Origin: Bacteroidota bacterium
GTDB taxonomy: Bacteria > Bacteroidota > Bacteroidia > AKYH767-A > OLB10
DNA length: 64,000 nucleotides
Assembly (NCBI GenBank): GCA_016714005.1
Contig: JADJOA010000005.1
Span: 167,031-231,030 of the forward strand
Direction of reading: 5' to 3'
The position numbers were made by a program, and so were the translations under genes. The notes under the pieces were generated by a model. It was not told where the DNA came from. It saw nothing but the letters and a program-made list of their open reading frames with translations, and did not search any database. Positions within the stretch are counted from its first letter, which is position 1. Every line of letters starts with the position of its first letter. Positions 1 to 11,624 of this stretch are shown here, piece after piece.

Positions 1-354
1 ACTCCAACGATAAGTGCGATAGGATGCTTAGCTGTACAACCTGATGGTAAAATACTTGGTGGTGGCGGAGTAGGGGCTGGCAATTATGATTTTTCTGTTG
101 AACGATTTAATGATGATGGCACCATAGATAGCACCTTTGATAATGACGGATTACAAACACGTTCTTTCTCAAGTGGACCAGATGGTGCTGAAGAAATAAA
201 GATACAGGTAGATGGAAAAATTCTAGCAGGAGGTTTCTCAAATATGGTTTGGGGTGGTTTAGTTGATTATGGTTTAATGCGGCTGAACAATGATGGAAGC
301 TTTGATAGCAGTTTTGGCAATAATGGAATTGTGGTGACAGATTTTAATTTATGA
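1..354 (+). CDS. delta-60 repeat domain protein, C-terminal fragment (5' end lies outside the window)
   Basis: Frame 1 is open from base 1 to TGA at 352-354. The translation shows reiterated DGKILxGG ... RFNxDGTIDSTFDNDG / RLNNDGSFDSSFGNNG units typical of delta-60 repeats. Confidence 0.7.
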   Translation, partial: TPTISAIGCLAVQPDGKILGGGGVGAGNYDFSVERFNDDGTIDSTFDNDGLQTRSFSSGPDGAEEIKIQVDGKILAGGFSNMVWGGLVDYGLMRLNNDGSFDSSFGNNGIVVTDFNL

Positions 355-473
355 TGATATTAAAAGGTATGCAAGCGGAGGCACTTGCTGTGGATGATTT
401 GAAGAAGGGAGTTTATATTTTGAGGATAGAAACGGAGAGGGTGCAAAGGGGGGTGAGGTTTGTAAAGAATTAA
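351..473 (+). pseudogene. orphan T9SS C-terminal sorting-domain remnant, detached from the preceding delta-60 repeat gene
   Basis: A 41-codon ORF in frame 3 ends ...DDLKKGVYILRIETERVQRGVRFVKN*. This is the last two strands of a T9SS CTD, with no preceding CTD core or passenger domain. Confidence 0.55.
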
Positions 474-486
474 AAAAAACAGAGCC

Positions 487-1004
487 ATGAAGAAAATTAA
501 AATTATTTTAAACGCAGTTGTATTAGTTGCAATAGCACACATTGCAGATGCGCAGCAATTAGACAGTACTTATACTTACAGCTATAACTGCCAGGGTTGC
601 GGTACATTTACAACTGTAACCACAGCGCCCGTGGATGTAGAAACGAGTGTGAGCATAACAAATGAAACATTAACAGATACAAGCCAAAGCACTTTGGCGA
701 GTTTTGTGCTATCGGCAGCCCGAAAAAAGAAAACTGTAAATGTTACCTCAGCCAACAGGTTTAATGTTTACCCAACTCCTGCAAAGGATAAATATTTTTT
801 GAATTTTGAAACGGAAAAGAAGAAAAAGTAAATGTTACTATTACGGATTTGTTTGGAAAAAAGGTGGGCGAAGAATCTTTGTTTTTAAGTAAAGGGATGA
901 ATGTGCAAGAAAGAAAAACGAAGGGATTGACAACCGGGCATTACATAGTAAAGGCAGAAACAAGTAAAGGGTGCTTTGTTAAAAGACTTTTTGTGGATAA
1001 GTAG
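487..1004 (+). pseudogene. small secreted protein with T9SS C-terminal sorting domain, frameshifted in an A-run
   Basis: ORF 487-831 has a signal peptide (MKKIKIILNAVVLVAIAHIADAQ) and ends NVYPTPAKDKYFLNFETEKKKK*. Frame 3 from 828 continues VNVTITDLFGKKVGEESLFL...GHYIVKAETSKGCFVKRLFVDK* (stop 1002-1004). Together these form one CTD. The break is in gaaaagaagaaaaag at about 815-829. Confidence 0.7.
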
Positions 1005-1188
1005 AAAGCAATTTTATTCTATAACCAGCACTTTTTATCCCCAATTCTTGTTTAATAGGCTTAGATACTTATTGGGTAAGTAAAAGTTTTAATGTAGAGT
1101 AATGGTTACATCGCGTTAATTTGCGCACTAAAATTGTGAAGATTATAAAATACTTTTATTTTTCGCCAATGTATTGCCCATTTCCTGT

Positions 1189-2115
1189 ATGAATGATGAG
1201 CGTATTCTGGTATTAAACAACCATCAAATAGATAAAACCCGCTGGGACGAAACCATAGATAAATCTTATAACGGCTTAATATATGCTTATAGCTGGTATC
1301 TAGATTTGGTTAGCCCCGGCTGGCATGGCTTAGTTAGCGAAGGTTATAAAGCAGTAATGCCACTTACCTGGCGCAAAAAGTTTGGTTTTGAATATTTGTT
1401 TCCTCCTTTTTTTACACAGCAACTTGGTGTGTTCAGCAGGCAGCATTTAAATTCGGAACACATTAAAGTATTTATTGAGAAAATACCTGCACGCTATAAG
1501 TTTATTGATATAAACCTTAACAGCGAAAACATGTTTTTGCCTCAGGGATTTAAGTTTACAAAAAACATTAACTGCACATTAAGCCTTAATAAAAACTACG
1601 AGGAAATTCATAACGGGTATTCGCAAAACCTTACAAGAAATCTTAAAAAGGCAAACGGGCAACACCAGTTGCAGATAGTGGGCATGAAAGAGGCTAATGC
1701 TTTAATAAAACTCTTCAGGGAAAACAAAGGCAAGAAAATTAAAAATTTAAAAGACAAAGAGTACGAAATACTCAGTAACCTGATAAATGAAGCTATTGAA
1801 AGAAAGATGTGCGAGGTATATTATGCCTACCATGAAAATCGTTTGGTGGCAGGTGCTGTGTTTTTAAAAACACGCCACCGCATTACTTTTTTGTTTAGTG
1901 CTGTTAATACAGAAGGTAAACACTTCCTGGCCATGCCTGTAATTGTTGACAGGTATATAAGCATGCACCAAAAGCGCGATTTAATTTTTGATTTTGAAGG
2001 CAGCAACAATCCTGAACTTGCGCGTTTTTATAAAAGTTTTGGCGCTACCGAAAACATTTATCTTAAAATAAAGAAAAACAACCTGCCGCTGCCATTCAGG
2101 TTACTTAAAAAGTAA
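1189..2115 (+). CDS. GNAT/FemAB-like acetyltransferase-fold protein, function unknown
   Basis: Intact ORF. I prefer the ATG at 1189 over the TTG at 1174. The C-terminal half (LVAGAVFLKTRHRITFLFSAVNTEGKHF...FDFEGSNNPELARFYKSFGA) resembles the BioF2-like/FemAB acetyltransferase fold. Confidence 0.5.
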   Translation: MNDERILVLNNHQIDKTRWDETIDKSYNGLIYAYSWYLDLVSPGWHGLVSEGYKAVMPLTWRKKFGFEYLFPPFFTQQLGVFSRQHLNSEHIKVFIEKIPARYKFIDINLNSENMFLPQGFKFTKNINCTLSLNKNYEEIHNGYSQNLTRNLKKANGQHQLQIVGMKEANALIKLFRENKGKKIKNLKDKEYEILSNLINEAIERKMCEVYYAYHENRLVAGAVFLKTRHRITFLFSAVNTEGKHFLAMPVIVDRYISMHQKRDLIFDFEGSNNPELARFYKSFGATENIYLKIKKNNLPLPFRLLKK

Positions 2116-2166
2116 CTTTACCACATTAATTAAAGCACACAATTTACAAGCAGAAGATACACAGCA

Positions 2167-2814
2167 ATGGTTAATATACTCAGCAAGCAAAATTCCATCA
2201 TCAATCATTTTATAGCCGAATTGCGCAACATCAATATACAGCAGGACAGGATGCGCTTTAGGAGAAACTTAGAAAGGATTGGAGAAATTGCTGCTTTAGA
2301 AATCAGTAAAACTTTTGCGTATCACGATGTTGAAGTTACCACACCGCTTGGCATTGCACTTGTTCCGCAAATGAAAGAGCAGCCTGTGCTTGCAACTATT
2401 TTGCGTGCAGGCTTACCGTTGCACCAGGGGTTGTTAAATTATTTTGATGGGGCAGATAATGCATTTATATCTGCTTACCGCAGGCACCATAAAGATGGTA
2501 GTTTTGATATTCACCTCGAGTATGTTTCAAGCCCAAAGCTTGAAGACAGAATTATTATTTTGAGCGACCCTATGCTGGCAACAGGGCAATCGTTAGTACA
2601 AACTTTTAAAGCGCTTGTAGCTATGGGTAAGCCCAAGCACCTGCATGTAGTGGCTGCTATTGCAAGTACTGAAGGATTGCAACATGTGCAGGCAAATATT
2701 CCCGAAAACGCTAACATTTGGATTGGCGCGTTAGACGAAGAACTTACTGCACAATCATACATAGTACCGGGTCTTGGTGATGCCGGTGATTTGGCTTATG
2801 GCACCAAGGAGTAA
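2167..2814 (+). CDS. upp: uracil phosphoribosyltransferase
   Basis: 215-aa ORF with a PRPP-binding stretch (IIILSDPMLATGQS) and the C-terminal YIVPGLGDAGDLAYG motif characteristic of Upp. Confidence 0.9.
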   Translation: MVNILSKQNSIINHFIAELRNINIQQDRMRFRRNLERIGEIAALEISKTFAYHDVEVTTPLGIALVPQMKEQPVLATILRAGLPLHQGLLNYFDGADNAFISAYRRHHKDGSFDIHLEYVSSPKLEDRIIILSDPMLATGQSLVQTFKALVAMGKPKHLHVVAAIASTEGLQHVQANIPENANIWIGALDEELTAQSYIVPGLGDAGDLAYGTKE

Positions 2815-2859
2815 AAAAAGTTTTTAAAGCAATTATGTAATTATATAACCCTATAAGCC

Positions 2860-3729
2860 ATGTCAAACAAAATTGCCGAATCAGAATTAATTTTAAACAA
2901 GGATGGAAGTGTGTATCATCTTAACCTGCATCCGCATGAAATTGCTTCAACTATTATAAACGTGGGCGACCCCGACAGGGTAGGCGTGGTAAGCAAATTT
3001 TTTGACAACATTGAAGTTAAAAAACAAAAGCGCGAGTTTGTTACACACACCGGCACATATAATGGCAAGCGCATTAGTGTAATTTCTACCGGTATAGGGA
3101 CGGATAATATTGATATTGTTTACAATGAGTTGGATGCTTTGGTAAATATTGATCTTGCTAAGAGAACAATTAAAGACAACCTTACTTCTATCAATTTAAT
3201 ACGCATAGGTACATCGGGGGCGTTGCAGGCCGATATACCTGTTGACTCATTTGTGTTTTCATCACACGGATTGGGTTTGGATGGGTTGCTAAATTTTTAC
3301 CAGCTTAAAAACAATGCCGATGAAACTGCCATTATAGAATCTTTCCGAAAACATTATCCCAATAATGGGGTGTTGCCTCAATCATATATAAGTGAATGTT
3401 CGGCAGTGTTAAAACAAAAAATTGCCGAGGGAATGTTTGTGGGAATTACCGCATCGTGTTCGGGTTTTTATGCACCGCAGGGCAGAGTATTGCGTTTGCC
3501 ATTGGGCAGAATAGACATGATTGAAAAGCTCAACTCTTTCAAACACGGCACACACCGCGTAACCAACTTTGAGATGGAAACAGGTGCCATGTATGGTTTG
3601 GCAAAGTTACTGGGGCATAATTGCTGTTCGGTAAATGTTATTGTGGCTAATCGAATTGCACAGGAGTTTAGCAAAAACTACGAGGCGGCAATGGATAAAC
3701 TAATTGTTACAGTGCTTGATCGCGTGTAG
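2860..3729 (+). CDS. nucleoside phosphorylase (PNP/UDP-1 family)
   Basis: 289-aa ORF with GDPDRV, ISTGIGTDNIDIV, RIGTSGAL and FEMETGAMYGLA motifs of the purine/uridine phosphorylase family. Confidence 0.75.
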   Translation: MSNKIAESELILNKDGSVYHLNLHPHEIASTIINVGDPDRVGVVSKFFDNIEVKKQKREFVTHTGTYNGKRISVISTGIGTDNIDIVYNELDALVNIDLAKRTIKDNLTSINLIRIGTSGALQADIPVDSFVFSSHGLGLDGLLNFYQLKNNADETAIIESFRKHYPNNGVLPQSYISECSAVLKQKIAEGMFVGITASCSGFYAPQGRVLRLPLGRIDMIEKLNSFKHGTHRVTNFEMETGAMYGLAKLLGHNCCSVNVIVANRIAQEFSKNYEAAMDKLIVTVLDRV

Positions 3730-3733
3730 AGCC

Positions 3734-4349
3734 TTAGTAAAGCAACTCACCGGCACCCTGCCTTGTTAAAGAGGGTTCAGCAGTTGTGCAATCAATTACC
3801 GTACTGGGAATATTACCACCGTAGCCACTGTCAATAATTATGTCAATTGTATTTTCAAAGTGCTCAAAAATTTCGGCAGGATCGGTCAAGTAATCTGCAA
3901 TAGGGTCATCGGCATTATGCAAAGATGTTACCATTAGCGGATTGCCCAGTGTTTCAATAATATTTAGGGCAACAGCATTGTTGGGTATGCGTATGCCAAT
4001 GGTTTTTCTTATTGCGGAAAATAGCCGGCACATTGTTGCTAGCCTCTAAAATAAAAGTAAAAGCACCGGGTAAATTTTTATTAAGCAGTTTGTAAATACT
4101 ACGGTCAAACGGGCTTGTGTATTCCGATATGTTTTTTAAATCGTTACACAAAAAAGAGAAATTGGCTTTTTCGGGCTTTACATTTTTAAGCCTGCAAATT
4201 TTTTCAAATGCCTTTGCCGATTTAATGCTGCATGCAATGGCATAAACGGTATCGGTAGGTATAATAATTACACCATTGTTGCTTAAAACAGAAACAACGG
4301 TTGCTATTTTTCTTTGATCAATAGAGTGGGAGAGAATGGGGAGGAGCAA
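3734..4349 (-). pseudogene. tsaC: L-threonylcarbamoyladenylate synthase (YrdC/TsaC family), frameshifted as read
   Basis: ORFs 3954-4349 (IIIPTDTVYAIAC..., YrdC fold) and 3734-4033 (RKTIGIRIPNNAVALNIIETLGNPLMVTSLH...) join as ...NNVPAIFRNKKTIGIRIPNN if one base is removed from the T-run at 4003-4007. Confidence 0.8.
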
Positions 4350-4367
4350 GGAAAAGAGATTAAAGTT

Positions 4368-5204
4368 TCAAAATTTGCCTCGCTTAATTGCGGTATCTGT
4401 CCTTGGATAATCAGTTGTAGTTACTTCATATAGATAAGTTCCTTCAGATAAGTTTTTAATATCAATAGAAGTAGATTCGTTAAGGTTTTGAATGAATACT
4501 AATTGAGATAACAAATTATAGACTTTGAGTTGGTAGTTTAAATTCTTGTTTGTAAGCTGAATGTTTAAAGTTTCTGTAGCAGGATTGGGAAACATCTGTA
4601 GGGAGTTTAAAAAATTGGTTTCTTGTAAACCAACATTTGTCTGACACATACTTACTGCATCTAAAAAGTTGCCAATCTGAGGATTATTTCCGGTTACATA
4701 TATTGAATTAAATTTTATAGTAAAGTTACTGCCGGAAGTTGATGGTATAACATAGTTCAAAGAGTAGTAACCCCATGCAGTATCTCCATCACCAAACGTA
4801 CCAAGTATAATTTCATTGCCTGATGAATCTGCAATAGAAACACTCATAGAGTCAACTCCGGTTCTTCCTCTGTGGGCAAAACTTATATTCAAAGCCATGC
4901 CGGGTGCAGCATAAAAACTTTGATAAATAGTTGAATAAAAATAAGCGTTCAATTCAAGAAACTGAGTGCCTGAATAAGCAGGAACACCATTATAGCCATT
5001 CAACCAAACTTCAAATTGATTATCGTTAGCAGTTGTTTTCCAGCACGGCATTTGAGTACTATCGGGAAAAGCAGGCGCTGATGGAAACTGAATGCTGTCA
5101 AAATCGGCATTACAAATGAAATTACAATTTTGAGAATGGATTTTTTGCGACAAGAAAAAAAATAAAAAGAAAATTAAAGAAGCTTTAGTTTTCATTTCAG
5201 TCAT
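4368..5204 (-). CDS. secreted protein with T9SS C-terminal sorting domain
   Basis: Signal peptide (KASLIFFLFFFLSQKIHSQ), a jelly-roll-like passenger, and a C-terminal CTD (MFPNPATETLNIQLTNKNLNYQLKVYNLLSQLVF...LSEGTYLYEV). Confidence 0.7.
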   Translation of the reverse strand: MTEMKTKASLIFFLFFFLSQKIHSQNCNFICNADFDSIQFPSAPAFPDSTQMPCWKTTANDNQFEVWLNGYNGVPAYSGTQFLELNAYFYSTIYQSFYAAPGMALNISFAHRGRTGVDSMSVSIADSSGNEIILGTFGDGDTAWGYYSLNYVIPSTSGSNFTIKFNSIYVTGNNPQIGNFLDAVSMCQTNVGLQETNFLNSLQMFPNPATETLNIQLTNKNLNYQLKVYNLLSQLVFIQNLNESTSIDIKNLSEGTYLYEVTTTDYPRTDTAIKRGKF

Positions 5205-5254
5205 TAATTGAGAGCACTAAAGTAACCAAAGCCCCAGACATAAAGAATACCTGA

Positions 5255-6665
5255 TTAAACAAACTTTATTTTGCGCATGGCAAATGCACACATGCGCAAT
5301 AAAATTAATCCATGCTTGAATCTTGATATGTTAGTGCTTCCGTAAGTTCTCTCGCGATAACGAATGGGGAGTTCAACAATTTTTAAGTTGAGTTTGTAAG
5401 CACCAAAAATTAAATCGTAATCGCCAAAGGGGTCAAACTCACCAAAGAATTTTCGGTTGGTAACAAGTCGCTTATAATCTTCTCTGAAAATAACTTTTGT
5501 TCCGCACAGGGTATCCTTAAAAGGCTGATCGAGCAACCAGGAAAATGCAAAGCTGAAAAATTTATTTCCAACCATATTTAAAAAGCGCATGGCTTCTTTT
5601 TCCATTGGGTAAATTAAGCGACAACCATTTATAAAGTTACCTTTATTGGTTGCTATGGCTTCGTAAAATTTCGGCAAATCTTCGGGCGGTACGGTAAGGT
5701 CGGCATCCAATATCATCAGTATATCACCTGTTGCCATATCAAACCCTTTTCTTACTGCATCGTTTTTTCCTTTTCCGGGTTGTTTACCTATCTTAATATC
5801 GTGGGTGCTTTGGTATTTGGTTTTTATTTCTTGTATTTTTTCCCAGGTATCATCAGTAGAATTTCCTTCTATAAAAATTATTTCCTGGTGCCTGCCAAAT
5901 TTTGGTAAGCGCAAAATTGCGTTTTCAATATTGCCGCTTTCGTTGCGGGCAGGTACAACTATGCTTACTGAATATTTTTGAGAAACACTTTCGGGTGTTT
6001 TAACAGAAGATGGTTTTGCAAATGAATAGCCACACATGGACAGTGATTTAAATAATGGCAGTTTGCTTAAAAATTTATTCAGTAAAGATGAAACCAAAGG
6101 AATGTAAACAGGAAACAGCATTCTTCTGGTTTGCCGGTAACAATCGAAACCGCTAAGCATTAAAAGATTTTTTGTGTCCTGGTGTGTTAACCAGTTTACG
6201 TTTGGCGCTGGTGTTTTAAGTTTAAAAAACTCAGCAACTTTTAAAAAGGGTTCCCATAAATGATTGTGGTAAGTAACAATTATTTTAGTTTGTTCGTGAC
6301 AAACTTTTTGTATTTGTTCGAACACAGCCTGCACATCATCCAAATAACCAACCAGATTGGAAACAATTATCAAATCAAATTTCTTTTCAAGGTTAATTGC
6401 TTCTGCAGCCATTAACCTAAAGTCAATATCTGAAAAATTTTGCGTGCCTGGTCAATCATTTCAGCGCAATAATCAATTCCGGTTTTATCTTTTCCTTAAT
6501 CTCGCTAAGCAATTCACCGGTTCCGCAACCAATTTCAAGTATGCTAAAAGTTTCGTGCGAAAAGTAATTGCAATAATTGGTAATGTCGTTCCAGTAGTAG
6601 CTATGGCGCTTACGGATTTTAACTCTTTTAGGAGCAATAGATTTAAAATATTCTAAATAACGCAC
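5255..6665 (-). pseudogene. bifunctional class I SAM-dependent methyltransferase / family 2 glycosyltransferase, frameshifted as read
   Basis: The N-terminal piece 6456-6665 carries the SAM motif ILEIGCGTGELL. The piece 5255-6412 carries the remainder of the methyltransferase (DLIIVSNLVGYLDD) and a GT2 domain (VSIVVPARNESGNIE, ILMILDADL). Manual reading shows two indels, near 6435 and 6485. Confidence 0.75.
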
Positions 6666-6673
6666 AGGCTTTC

Positions 6674-7405
6674 TTAATCTTTACTTCCAAAAATAATAAC
6701 AGAGCCTGCAATTTCTTTAAGCACCGGAATTTTTTCTATTACTTTACCAATATTGTTTACCAAATTAATCATTGATTTTGGAGTAACAGGATGCAAAAAA
6801 TCGTAAGGAAAAATTTCGACTTTAGTAAAACCCAAATCACGCATTTGTTTTTTGAGTTGCCATCTTACTACGGCTGTTTCATCGGGCGAATCGCCAAGTT
6901 TTTCTTTTATGAAAGGAATATTTTTTTGAACGAGAATTTGAGGGTTAATCATATTAGGTTCAGCAAAAATCATTCTTCCGCCACTTTTTAAAACACGTAA
7001 AATTTCTTTTAACGATTTTTCAAAATCCAAGTGGTGCAATACAGAACTGCCAAAAACCACATCAAAACTATTGTCGGCAAAAGATAGGCTCATTGCATCA
7101 TCAACTTTAAAGTTAACCTGAGGTAATTTTTTCTTTGCTTCCTCAAGCAGTTCGTTAGAAATATCAATAGCAGTAATGGATGAATTAGTTTTTTGAAAAA
7201 CTTTTTCGGTAAATATTCCTGTGCCACATCCTATTTCCAAAACTTCATCAGTAGATTTTATTGCAGCCACATCTACAAAAAAATTGGCTCTACGTTCAGC
7301 CCTTACACGCCCTGCGGGGCTTGCCCAGTTCCAAATGTCTTCAGCACCACCGGCAAGTAATTTCTTGCCGTGTTCAATTTCGTTTTCTAATCTTTTGCGG
7401 CTCAT
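6674..7405 (-). CDS. class I SAM-dependent methyltransferase
   Basis: 243-aa intact ORF with VLEIGCGTGIFT (motif I) and FDVVFGSSVLHHL. Confidence 0.8.
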   Translation of the reverse strand: MSRKRLENEIEHGKKLLAGGAEDIWNWASPAGRVRAERRANFFVDVAAIKSTDEVLEIGCGTGIFTEKVFQKTNSSITAIDISNELLEEAKKKLPQVNFKVDDAMSLSFADNSFDVVFGSSVLHHLDFEKSLKEILRVLKSGGRMIFAEPNMINPQILVQKNIPFIKEKLGDSPDETAVVRWQLKKQMRDLGFTKVEIFPYDFLHPVTPKSMINLVNNIGKVIEKIPVLKEIAGSVIIFGSKD

Positions 7406-7408
7406 TAT

Positions 7409-9086
7409 TTAATATTTAATCTCGTATAAGTAGGCAGGTTCCGATTCTCCCATTTGTTTAACTAAAACAACCTTATCAGGATATTTCTGCGCAACAGGTG
7501 CCATCATCCGGTGAAGCGTATTAATTACATATCCATCAATTTTTTTTGGATTACGTCTGATGCTTGCAAGCAAAACATGCGTAACTTTTTCTTTTTAAAA
7601 TAATTGAGTACAGAATCGGCATCGGTACTATAAACAGTATAAACCGGATAAAATGATTTACCGCCTCCGTAAATAAATGACATTGGTGCTTTGCGGGAAG
7701 CGACAAAAGAATTAGCAGGTAGACTATCAGCCGCATACTTGCTTAGCTCAAGAAAATTTCTCCAGTCTTGAGTATAGCCGTAGTAAATATCTCCGGCAAG
7801 ATTCTTTTTTATAACACTAAAATTTTTTGCAGCTTTAGTTGATGTGCTTATTAAACTGCTTCCTAAATTTAAAACAGCAAAAAATAAAAAGGTAATTGAT
7901 TTTAATACAGGTAAGTTCTTAAACATAGAGTACAAGCCATAGAAAGCAATTGCTAACATAAAAGGAACATACACTAAAACCATACGTGGTTGATCCCATC
8001 TTGTTTGTAAAACAAAAAAAGTTAGCCCAGCCATACACAGAGTATACAGAAAAACAAAAAGCAACATTTTGTTTTTTTGCCTTATAATGTGAAACAGGCC
8101 TATGCCAATAAAAATAAATGTTATTAGAACCAATCCTTTGTTAACGTTGGTTGCATCAGGAGAAATAAATCCTAAAATCTGATATAGGCGTTTGGAAATA
8201 TATAAGGAGGTGTTGTCAAACAACCTTCCGAAAAAACCTGCCAAATCATCAACACCCTTGCTTGCATCATAAGGATCTTTTTGAATAAGAATCTGGTATT
8301 GGCTGCTGAATTGATTCTCACTTCCCCAAATAGATTTTTTAATTAGTTCAAATGGTATTCTGAAAATAAGGAAGGAACCTAAAGCGAGTAAAATATTTTT
8401 GAAGTTTAAGCTGAAAATAAAAAACAGAAAAACAGCGGCTAAGGCGCCAACAGAAATATTTTTTGTGATGGTTAAAAGAAAGAGTAAAAAGCCAAATAAA
8501 ATCCATTTTTCGTAGCTTATTTTTTTCTCATCACTTAAAATAAGAGGGCGGGCTGCAAGAAGAAAAGCTGCCTGAAGCATACTAAAAAAAGCTTCGGTGT
8601 ATGTTTGGCTTGCGAAATAAAGAAAGTAACTATTAACGGAAATGAAAACAATAGACAAGAAAAGCACTGCATAAGGAATTACTTTACGAAAAGCCAGATA
8701 TATAAATGTGATTTGAAGCAGCGTAAAAATAATTGACAATGATTTTAATAACGGAACATTAATGCCAAAAAAGGAAACAGGAAGGCTCAAAACCATTGGG
8801 TAAAGTGGCGCTTTGGAATTATAATAACTTTTATAATCCGGCTAAACTTGTAAGCGCCTTCTATGTAATCAGAATCATCATTCCCCTCACTCATCTTTAC
8901 ATCAAATAACAAAACAGAGAAAACAAGCGATAATAAAAGCGTGGTGTAAAAAATTACTTTTTCGTTACGCTCTAAAAATGATTCAAGCCTGTTAAGTAAA
9001 GATGGTGCTGCTTCCGTTTTCCTTATGTCTGCTAAGGGTTTTGCCGGTGCAGTGCGTGCAGTTTTGTTTTGGGGTTGCTTTTTCAC
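7409..9086 (-). pseudogene. polytopic membrane glycosyltransferase (GT39/ArnT-like), two frameshifts as read
   Basis: ORFs 8787-9086 and 7525-8796 join (...KFSRIIKSYYNSKAPLYPMVLSLP...) if one base is added to the T-run at 8829-8832. The C-terminus continues (...NYFKKEKVTHVLLASIRRNPKKIDGYVINTLHRMMAPVAQKYPDKVVLVKQMGESEPAYLYEIKY*) after an indel in the T-runs at 7586-7596. There are many TM helices. Confidence 0.6.
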
Positions 9087-9089
9087 AAT

Positions 9090-9756
9090 TCAAAATAAAC
9101 GATTAAGCAGATTTTTCGCATCCTCTAAAAACTTTTGCAAGCCAATATCGGTTAGCGGATGTTTTAATAAATCTAATATAGCACTAAGCGGGCATGTAGC
9201 CACATCAGCCCCCAGCTTGGCACAATTAATTATGTGCATTGCATGGCGTATGCTGGCAGCAAGTATTTGTGTTTGATAGCCGTAGTTATCATATATCTGT
9301 CGTATTTCGGCAATGAGGTTTAAGCCATCTGTACTTACATCATCAAGCCTTCCAATAAACGGAGATACATAAGTGGCACCCGCTTTTGCAGCAAGCAATG
9401 CCTGCCCTGCGCTAAACACCAGTGTGCAGTTTGTTTTAATGCCATTGTCGGTAAAATATTTTATTGCCTTAACACCATCTTTAATCATAGGCACTTTTAC
9501 TACTATTTGCTTATGCAGTGCGGCAAGCGCTTTCCCTTCTTCAATTATGCCATTGTACTCTGTTGAAATAACTTCAGCGCTTATGTCGCCTTTTACAATG
9601 TTGCAAATGTCAACATAATGCTTTAGCACATTGTCTTTACCTTTTATACCTTCTTTAGCCATTAAAGAGGGGTTGGTGGTAACACCATCAAGCACGCCAA
9701 GGTCATTGGCTTCTTTTTATTTGTGAGATATTAGCTGTGTCTATGAAGAATTTCAT
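9090..9756 (-). pseudogene. fsa: fructose-6-phosphate aldolase / type 3B transaldolase, frameshifted near the 5' end as read
   Basis: The 201-aa ORF carries DGVTTNPSL, VKVPMI and GATYVSPFIGRLDD. The true N-terminus [25 protein letters not shown] (ATG at 9756) is out of frame because of an extra base in the T-run at 9714-9718. Confidence 0.85.
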
Positions 9757-9907
9757 GATACTGAGTAGAATTTAAAGAGTGCGAATTTGCAAATAATTGT
9801 AATACGACAATGGTATTAAGGCGTTGACAAATACAAAACACGATAGCCCATCCCAAAGTATGGGGACTAATACCTAACTCTACCCTGCTTACAAAACACC
9901 ATATTGT

Positions 9908-11572
9908 ATGAAAATTTTCAGACGCAAGTCTATTTCGCAAGCTATTACGGACTTTAACAAAACCGGTGGCGATGGCGACCAACATGCTAATTCACTTAAA
10001 AAAAACTTATCGGCTCGCGACTTAACTTTTTTTGGTATTGCAGCTATTATTGGTGCCGGCAGTTTTAGCAGTTTGGGTGAGGCATGTTTTAAAGGAGGCC
10101 CGGGGGTGGTTTTGCTTTTTCTTATTTGCACGCTTGCCTGCGGTTTTACTGCCATGTGTTATGCCGAGTTTGCATCGCGCCTGCCCATTAGCGGAAGCGC
10201 TTACACCTATGCTTATGTTTCGTTTGGTGAACTGTTTGCATGGATAATAGGCTGGGCATTAATTATGGAATATTCCATTGGAAATATTTATGTGGCTTTT
10301 TCCTGGAGCGGATATTTTACAAATCTTATTGAGCAGTTTGGCATACACCTTCCCGAGTATTTAACTATTAATTACCGCAGCGCACACCAGGCATTTTTAG
10401 CCGGCACAGCAGGCGAAGGGCAAACAGCATGGCTAACAGCGCCACAAATAGGCGGCCTGCATATTATTTTTGATTTACCGGCACTGCTCATTAATGTATT
10501 TGTAACGTGGCTGGTTTTTGTTGGTGTAAAAGAATCGAAAAACGTAAGCAACATAATGGTGCTGCTTAAGCTTGGCATTATACTGCTTGTAATAGTTATA
10601 GGTGCGGGTTATGTTAACATTGATAACTGGACTCCTTTTATGCCTAACGGTTTTGGAGGTGTAATGGGAGGGGTAGCAGCCGTGTTTTTTGCATACATTG
10701 GTTTTGATGCAGTTTCAACACTTGCCGAAGAAAGTAAAAATCCACAGCGCGATTTACCTAAGGGCATGATTTACTCATTGGTAATTTGTACGGTGGTTTA
10801 CATCATACTTGCATTGGTACTTACAGGCATGGTTTCATACACGCAACTTGGTGTGAGCGACCCTTTAGCCGAGGTGTTTAAAATAAAAGAAGTAAAGTGG
10901 ATGCTTTTTATTATTTCAATTGGAGCTGTAATAGCCATGACAAGTGTAATACTTGTTTTTCAGTTAGGGCAGCCGCGTATATGGATGAGCATGAGCCGCG
11001 ATGGGTTGTTGCCTTAAAAAATTTGCAAGCATACATCCAAAGCATAAGACACCGGGGTTCTCTACTATTATAACGGGTTTGGTGGTAGGCTTGCCCATGT
11101 TTTTGTTGATGAAAAATTTATTCTTGATTTCACTTCTATTGCCACCTTATTTGCTTTTGTACTGGTTTGTGCAGGTGTGCTTACCTTACCGCAAAAGGAA
11201 ATAAAGGAATCGGGCAGATTTTCTCTTCCATACATTAATGCTAAGTATATAGTACCCGTATTGGTTATATCGGCAGCAATAGCTTTATGTATTTATAATA
11301 TGCCGTACGTAAAGCAGGTAATTACGTTTAGTGGCGATGATTTTACGAAGTCGTTTGTAATGCTGTTGTTTTTTATGCTATGCATTACTTTGTCTGTATT
11401 ATCGTTTATGCGAAACCTTTCACTTATTCCGGTGTTAGGAGTGATATCTTGCTGCTACCTTCTTACTCCCATGAGCAAAAGCAACTGGTTGTGGTTTTGG
11501 CATGGCTTGCATTGGGATTGATAATTTATTTTTCTTACAGTTATAAAAAAAAGCCGCTTAAACACCCATTAA
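9908..11572 (+). pseudogene. APC-family amino acid permease, at least 3-4 frameshifts as read
   Basis: Pieces 9908-11017, 11001-11204, 11177-11521 and 11380-onward all read as consecutive TM segments of one amino-acid permease (FFGIAAIIGAGSF, YAEFASRLPISGSAYTY, ...SRDGLLPKKFASIHPKHKTPG...). The 3' end is uncertain. Confidence 0.75.
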
Positions 11573-11624
11573 ATTTTATTTTAAAATACCACAATCAAAA
11601 CCACTTAAAAACAGAAATTAAATT

